Positions 56,007 to 64,000 of a stretch of DNA of 64,000 nucleotides are shown in pieces. The notes under the pieces were generated by a model, which saw nothing but the letters and a program-made list of their open reading frames with translations, did no database searches and had not been told where the DNA came from. Source of the DNA: Chrysomallon squamiferum. Its lineage: Eukaryota; Animalia; Mollusca. The stretch's first letter is position 1, and each line of letters starts with the position of its first letter. The DNA lies in assembly GCA_012295275.1 (NCBI GenBank), contig CM022671.1, forward strand, positions 2,108,001-2,172,000, given 5' to 3'. Position numbers and translations under genes: made by a program.

Positions 56007-56977
56007 ATGAACAAAAGATGTGAAAACATGGGAGTTCTTCTCTTCTTACTCTTTACTGTACCATCCGTGTATTCTTTAGTGGTACCTCACTGTGAAGTAC
56101 CCAGCGAATCTAAGCAACGTGTGAATTCTTCCAAAGTATGTACAAGTGGATGTGAAGATGGATGGTACGGTGACCATTGTAGACAAACGTGTCATAAGTT
56201 CTGTGTGAAATGTGATCGCCTGACTGGAAATTGTTCTGGACAGTGCAAAGACGGTTATTTTGGAGATCACTGTTTCAACCCCTGTCCCCACTGTAGCGCT
56301 GGATGTGATGCTAAAGGCGAATGTATTACTTCTACAACATCAACACCATCAGCTAACATCAGTAAGTTACTTTACAGAATTATTATTCAGTCATGGAAAG
56401 CAACCAAAAATTTACCTAAATATTAAACTTTAGTACAATTGTATAATATATTTATGTAATATTGTAAGAACAGTATAGAGAGACGCCTTATTCAAGAAGT
56501 TGTATCATTCCTGACTGACACTAAGATGCACGTTTTCTTTTTTTCTCTCACTTGTTCCCCTTGCAGCCAAACAAGCTATTGCTGGTCCCAAAAAATCTAT
56601 TTTAGTAGGTGTAATAATGAAACAATGGCGCTAATTTGGAGAAAACACTGTTCTGCCATTCCGCTCACAACGCGACGCCTGCCATCTACCGGACACTGCA
56701 CGAGTTGTCGGTCCCTGTCTGGGAACTGGCAGTAAGTCTAAATATTCAGACTTTAACAGATATAGTCCGCGAAATCGAGTCAACAGTATACATATATATA
56801 TATATATATATCTATATATATATAGATAGATATATATATACGATAATTTTTCACAGTCGCAAGATATCCTTATTTAATATTATGTTATAGTTTTAGTTAC
56901 CGGGTATTCTTCTTCTCCATGGCTTTTTCTAATATTATTTTATGTATTATGTCATGTTTTATTGTCATGTGACATAG

Positions 56978-57032
<55 letters not shown>

Positions 57033-57100
57033 CGTGTGTGTATGTTTTCATTGATTTGTAATTTATAAAATTGTTTATTGATATTCTGATTACTACGGTG

Positions 57101-57169
<69 letters not shown>

Positions 57170-57976
57170 TAGTTTCATGAATAAAACAGTCGTCACAGTA
57201 GCTGCTTAAATAAATGTACAGTTACAATAATTATACAGAAGTGAACAGTGAGGTGCAAAGTAATGATAATGTAAGACTGGTTTGCAGTAAGGTGTATAAT
57301 AAATTTAGAGTGATGTATAGTGAGATGTGTAATAAATATTCTGTTAGGGTCTACAATAAGTTACAGTATTTAAAATATACAGTGGAAGTATAATTAGTAT
57401 GTATAGAGTTATATAATAATATACAGTGAGGTATTTAAAAATTATATCTACAGTGAGGTATATAACAGGTGTACACACAGTGTATACAGTAAATACACAG
57501 AGAATGTAACATGAGTACAGTGAGAGTATAACAAATACCCAGTGAGAATATATAATAAATATATCCTGAGAGTTCATATTAAGTATACAGTGAGCTACAT
57601 AATAAGTGTAGACTGAGGATTCTAGTAAGTAGACGGTGAGGTATATAATAAGTATGCAGTGATAGTTGTATTAAAATAATACAGATAGCATTTTGTAAGT
57701 ATACAGTTAGTTTATATTATAAGTGTACATTAAGGTGCACAATACATGTACTGTGGATATATAATAAATTACAGTGTGGTATAAAATGGGTTTGAAGTGA
57801 AAAAACACTAAATAAACAGAGTAGAAAATCTTATATGTATATATATAAATAAATAACGTATAAATTATATCCATTATATTCACTTTTCGTTGACTTTAGT
57901 AAATTTTACAAAATAAAATTAAACGATGAACGAACCTAAAGGGTTTTTAAATTGATTTGCTACCAATTATACATCA

Positions 57977-58046
<70 letters not shown>

Positions 58047-58954
58047 TTTTAATTTTGTAATTTTTCGAAATTACTTCCAGATGCTAGTTCAACATTTGTA
58101 TGCAGTGAAAACACCGGCATCACCATCGGCATCACCATCAGCATCACCATCGGCATCATCATCTTCATTGTCACCCTAATCGGCATCGTCTTTTTCCGCT
58201 ATTTTAGGTTTGTTATTCATTATCTCAGTTATGTCATTTTCCACAGCTAGTTCATCAAAGGTCTTGGTGTGTGATTTGTACTAAAAAACGTGTAATACAA
58301 AAATGTCTTCTTGTTAATCAACAAAGAGTAGACAACCACATGATGGTTCAGGTTTTCTCTCTCAAAATTATCTTTGATGCTTTAATATTTTCTGACACTG
58401 TATAGATATTCTTCACTGTTAGAAAGATGACACTGCATCTGTTTAATTTTTATGCTATTAAGACTTACTGAAATAAAGATAGAAGTCAAAGTTTAAGATC
58501 ACTGCAGTCGAAAGATATGCATTTAAATACTATTTCTGTTGACGATATAAATAGATAAATAGCAATCAGATTTTTGCAGTAAAATAATGAAAATACAGAC
58601 AGATTACATAGAAATTATTCTTTTATAGTTTAATTTTCTTTTTTTTTGTCTGTGTTCTGTAATTCTGGATTATTTTATTTGTTTAATTTCAGACTGACTA
58701 GTAAGGATCCACCTAAGAGGAAGTAAGAAAATGTATCTGTTTTGCACACTCTATCTATTTATGTGTACCCACTTCTACGTCTATGTCTATCAGTCGAGAT
58801 ACCTACATATCTACTTCTCTATTTCTATTTCTTTCTTTCTTTCACTGCAAATATATATGTAACTGTCTGGCTCTCTGTCCATCTATCTATTTAAATTTTT
58901 ATCTGTCTGATGGTTTCTGTCTGTCTCTTTGTAATCTATATATGGGTGTGTGTG

Positions 58955-59007
<53 letters not shown>

Positions 59008-59702
59008 TATATACATGTATGTATGTATGTTTGTATGTATATATGTGTGTACGTATGTATGTTTTTATGTATGTCTGTCCATTTGTATGTATGTTTCCAT
59101 GAATATATCTGAATCTGTCTATCTATATCTGACATTTTATGCCTGTTTAACTAATTAATATGTGTTCATTTTAATTACAGATTGACTAGTGAGAATCCAC
59201 CTAAGATGGAGTAAGAAAATTTATCTGTTTTTCACAGTCTATTTATGTGTACCCACTTGTCTGTCTATCTATCTGTCTGTCAGTCACGATGCCTACATAT
59301 CTACTTCCCTATTTCTAGTTCTTTCTTTCACTGCATATATGCATGTACCTGTCTTTTTGTCTGTCCATCTATCTACCTATTTATCTGATTGCCTGTCTGT
59401 CTGTCTATGTAATCTATATATATATGTATGTGTGTGTGTGTTTATATATATGTATATATATTTCTTTGTAAGTTTTTAAATATGCGTGCATACATGTATG
59501 TACGTAATGTATATATGTAAGTATGCATGTATGACCGTTCGTATGTATGTTTGCATGATGTATGTGTGCTAGAATGCATGTTTTTACCTATCTATATCTT
59601 TCACTGCAAATATAAATATAACTGTGTGTCTGTCTGTCCATCTATCTATATATTTATATGTCTGAATGTCTGTCTGTCTGTCTCTCTGTAATCTATATAT
59701 GG

Positions 59703-59778
<76 letters not shown>

Positions 59779-60201
59779 GTATATGTCTGTACGTATGTAT
59801 GTTTGTATGTACATATATATATATATATATATATGTCCGTTAGTATGGATCTGTATCTGTCTATCTATGTCTAACAGTTTATGTCTGTTTAATTAATTAA
59901 TATGTGTTCATTTTAATTACAGATTGATTAGTGATAGTCCAGTTCAGATGAAGTAAGAAAATTTGTCTGTTTTTCACACTCTATCTTTTTATGTGTACCA
60001 CTTCTACGTCTATCTATCTGTCTGTCAGTCACGATGCCTACATATCTACTTCCCTATTTCTAGTTCTTTCTTTCACTGCATATATACATGTACCTGTCTT
60101 TTTGTCTGTCCATCTATCTACCTATCTATTTATCTGTCTGACTGTCTGTCTGCCTGTCTGTCTGTCTCTCTGTAATCTATATATATGTGTGTGTTTGTGT
60201 G

Positions 60202-60232
<31 letters not shown>

Positions 60233-61253
60233 GTTTCTTTATATGTTTTTATATATGCATACATGCATGTATGTAAGTATATAATGTATGTACGTACGTA
60301 TGTATGTGTGCAAGAATGCATGTTTTTAACTCTGTATCTCTCTATCTATATCAGACTTTTTATATCTGTTTAACTAATTAAAAGTTGCTCATTTTAATTA
60401 CAGAGGGGGAATTCAGCTGAGATGGAGTATGAAAATGTATCTGTTTTTCATACTCTATTTCTATGTACCTACTTCTATGTATATCTATCTCTTTTTCTTT
60501 TTCTGTCTGTATCTATCTGTCTATCTATCTATCTGACTATCTATCTATCTATCTGTGTATATGTCTCCTTCCTATATATTTTAGGCTTTTGCTTGAAGAA
60601 GAATATCGACAGAGTAACTGACTTGCAGAAGAATATTGTAGAATAAAGAAGAAAACTGAAATAAAGGTGAAATCTTTTGATGTTTGTTTTGTTTTACTGA
60701 TGTTAATAGTGGAATTAAAAGAGTTAAGGTAGTGTTACATATATCTGAGGTACTGAGTGATACAGTTTCTGAAGTTCTATCAATATTTGATACAGAAATA
60801 CAGACGCATTATTCAGTAAGATTATCAGTTAATGAAAGAAGCTGTTTTATATCTACAACATAGTAAGAAAGCGTCCTGCTACTGAACCCAGATAAAAACA
60901 GTAATTTTCTGAGAAACATTTTTTTTTAATTGTAACTTTTATCCATTTTTCGCAAATTAATGTTATTTAGGGAATTTAAAATCGCATACAGTACGGCTCA
61001 AGATGAAAATAATAATAATTTTGTTGATTGGTAAAAATCAAAATCGCTATAACTGTTTTTTAATGAATGTAGGAATTAGGTAGGTAGGTAAATATGTATG
61101 TTTCTCAGTATATATGCACGTTCGTTTGCAGGAATCCATGTTTCTCTCTGTCCATGTCTAACTTTTTATATATTTCTGTTTAAGTAAATAGTATTTGTTT
61201 ATTTTAATTACAGGTCGACTAGAGAGAATGTATCTGACTTTGATTCTCTGTGA
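56007..61253 (+). CDS. Small single-pass EGF-repeat receptor, unit D, with micro-exon-encoded cytoplasmic tail
   Basis: Exons 56007-56361 (signal+EGF), 58081-58207 ([29 protein letters not shown]), micro-exons 58693-58722, 59181-59210, 59923-59952 and 60406-60426, and terminal exon 61214-61253 (alternative last exon from 60585). All AG/GT and in frame. Confidence 0.72.
56625..56731 (+). other. Intronic captured first-exon-like fragment resembling a mitochondrial presequence
   Basis: AACAATGGCG start, [35 protein letters not shown], then a GTAAGT donor; CpG-rich. The copy at about 22901-23010 has a GTG start and CTAAGT donor. Confidence 0.35.
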
Positions 61254-62571
61254 ATTTATTCCTATGAAAAGAGTTCCTGTCATAATGTCCTGAATCCAGC
61301 CGTCTTCGGATGTCAGTTAATGCATAATATGCACAATATTCCATTAAATGTATTTCTCTTTTTTTTTCTTTTTTTTCCTCATATTTATAGATTATATACT
61401 GTTAAACGAATTAATTGATATCTTTTTTCATTCGAATAAAATAAATAATATTATTGAAATGTTCACAGCATAACATCTATTTCGTAGATACATAATTAAA
61501 AATGAACGATTATTTAATTTGTAAATACATTACAAGACAAGTTATGAAAATAAATATGATTGTACATTTGAAAAGTACATCCAGAAATATATATACAGTT
61601 TATATATTTTTTCAATGAACATTCTTCTCAAAATAATCTTTTAAACTCTCAATCAGCAATTAAACAGAAGTAACTTTAAACTTTTTTAAATTGTATTCCA
61701 TTTCTCCAGAAATCAGTGTTCAAGTTATCCTTCTTTGACTATATATACATCCAAAACAAGGTTTGTTTTAAAGAAAGCGACTTTTTTCAGAATGTTTGTT
61801 ATTTAAAATAGTTTAGTTGTGTATGTGGTTTTAAATATTTGTACTGAACATCAAGAGCTATTTAGATTTTAGTACGAATTAATTACGTTGTGCCAAGTTT
61901 ATAAATCAGAAAATATATGAACTTTGTATTTATTTCTGGTTATGTGCTTCAGTTTAAGTTTTCGCTAATGTACACACTTGTAAATATCATCTGCTGTTGC
62001 TGGTTTTTTGTATCAATAAATACATTTACATCTATATGTGTCTGTGTGTGTGTCTGTATATTTATCAAATTCATTTATTTTGTTATTTATTTAGTATTTA
62101 TATATACGTAGTTTGTGTGCTCTGGATTCTTATCTTATCTCTAGACAGATTATACAAATATAGAGAATCGTTTTATTCATATTAGGCATTACTTTGATGT
62201 TTTGTTTATAAATTAATAAAAAAAAAAATTAAAAAAATAGGTTTCTAATTAACTGTTTATTCTTTTCGTTTTAAGTTAGTGTATATCTACAAATGTTCTG
62301 CAGTCCGTCACAGATTACCATTTTTCTTACATGATTTGTGTAGTTGATAGTCAAAACCTAGACACTCAAGTTAGAAATGCATTTCAGAACGGATGCAGCA
62401 ATGATAATTACAGCTAATTCGTTGGTTGCTTCTTTGGGAAAAATGTACTAAAAAATCAGAACAACGGATAATATCGGATATACTAGAAAAGACAGCAAAG
62501 TCGCACATATAACGTAATTTATTGTAGAAAGTAATTGTTTATCATAGTAGGCACTGCAAGGATTATCTCAC

Positions 62572-62785
62572 CGCAAAGCTGTTTAACACGAAATATCAAA
62601 CACGATACAGCAGATAGTGGAAGAATATACAGTGTTTTTTCTTCTTTTTTCACAAAGGCTGTTGTCTTTAAATCTGAAAATCAGTTATTATTAAATAAGT
62701 AAAATAACAATAACAAGAACAATTTAAAAAATATATAAAACGGCACAAAACTAAATAATATCTGTCTCAGAAAAAGAGAATTAAC

Positions 62786-62818
<33 letters not shown>

Positions 62819-64000
62819 TATAATAATAATAATGACATTAATGATGATGATGATGATCACTGTAAGAAATACCAGAAATGAAAAAACAAAAACTAAAACA
62901 AACAAACAATTAACAAAGGAAACATTAAAAACCAACTTACAACTATGAGAAGGTTCTACATGTTTACAAGCCAGCACCGCATCACATTAATCAGTATGTA
63001 CCACAAAAAAAGATAATAAGGAAAATGAGGAAAATGAATTGTCCATCAGAATTTGTTTATTTTGATAATGTCCATGATAAATTATTTTTTTAAAAATGGT
63101 AAATAAAATGTAGTTAAAAAAAATAAAAACAAAAAGCAATTAGAAAAGGAAAGGAAGAAATCAAAACAGAAGAAAGTTAAAACAAAAAAATTAAATAAGC
63201 AAAGAATTTTTTAAAACTTTGTTAGGAGACAAAAAGGATTTAAAAAAAAAAAAAAAAAAATAGAACAAAGAAATATTTTTGACTAAATTACATGTTACTC
63301 ACCTGTGTTGATATCGTATGGCCTCTCAGTCTTGATACACACATCATCTTCTATACCATCATTACAGTGACACTTCCCATCAAAGAAACATTCTTCGTCC
63401 AGACACAGTTTACTGCATGTTTCATTACAAAAATTCCCCCACCATCCTTTCTGACAGCCATCGAGACACTCCCCTGTGTGGCGACCACAAACGGATTCGT
63501 TTGGAATGGTTGATGAACAGTTTCTCGTACAACGTTTTGTACAATTCTCTCCCCAGAAACCAATTTCGCATTTATGGCATATACCTGTTGTTTCATTACA
63601 ACCGCCGACATCACAGTTGTTGCATTGGTCTGTACAGTTGTCTCCGTACCAGCCAGGTAAACATGATTGACATTGTCCTTTGCATTCCAAACAGTTGTAA
63701 GACCAAGTAGATAAACTACGCAAATGTTCAGTTTTCATATCTGTTTCTGGGGGGAAAATAAATAATAATAATAAACCTATTTTATTTTTTAATGCCATTA
63801 ATATTCAAGTGTCACTAACTCTACAACAATGACCAAATTAACTCATTCATTACAGTATAATTATTAGTATAATTAGTAAATCACTTGTATTTTATTCACC
63901 TGTGTCGCATTTTCCGGTAACACGATGACAATTCTTGCCGTTTCCACAGATATTACATTTCTTATTACAGTGTCGTCCGAAGAATTCAGGTATACATTTA
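62572..64000 (-). CDS. Multiple EGF-like repeat protein (minus-strand subfamily), 5' part beyond window
   Basis: Exon ending at 63900 (KCIPEFFGRHCNKKCNICGNGKNCHRVTGKCDT, phase 1) splices to the 444-nt exon 63746-63303 (CLPGWYGDNC, CEIGFWGENC, CQKGWWGNFC). A possible short or degenerate TM exon lies at 62673-62572 (LYILPLSAVSCLIF). Confidence 0.72.

Noticed and set aside
58693-60426. CRISPR-like or other prokaryotic repeat-spacer array
   Set aside because: The context is eukaryotic and spliced. Units are hundreds of bp, mutually homologous and carry splice sites.
63747-63798. MALKNKIGLLLLFIFP as signal peptide of a standalone ORF (and MYFFISIS.. at 43839)
   Set aside because: It is the pyrimidine tract of an intron. 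A phase-matched upstream EGF exon ends at 63900.

Overview
AT-rich, microsatellite-rich eukaryotic DNA with spliceosomal introns, probably a lophotrochozoan or mollusc (inferred from repeat style and gene content). It has a 200-N gap at 13995-14194. The window is a segmental-duplication hub with two components. (1) Two inverted, independently decayed copies of the head-to-head housekeeping pair EIF2B1 (eIF2B alpha) and GTF2H3 (TFIIH p34), at about 282-12213 and 32707-41135. Copy 1 carries a rearranged DNA transposon remnant, and both copies retain a U12-type intron signature. (2) A cluster of small single-pass EGF-repeat (MEGF10/Draper/SCARF-like) receptor genes and fragments. Four paralogous signal-peptide+EGF exons on + (16097, 22211, 45147, 56007) are each predicted to splice to a different transmembrane/cytoplasmic module. 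One module is a tyrosine-motif tail and another is an array of frame-preserving 30-nt micro-exons. A second EGF subfamily lies on the - strand (1-133, 43329-43766, 63303-64000). Most ORF-track entries are microsatellite artefacts. All gene models are manual splice predictions without transcript evidence.
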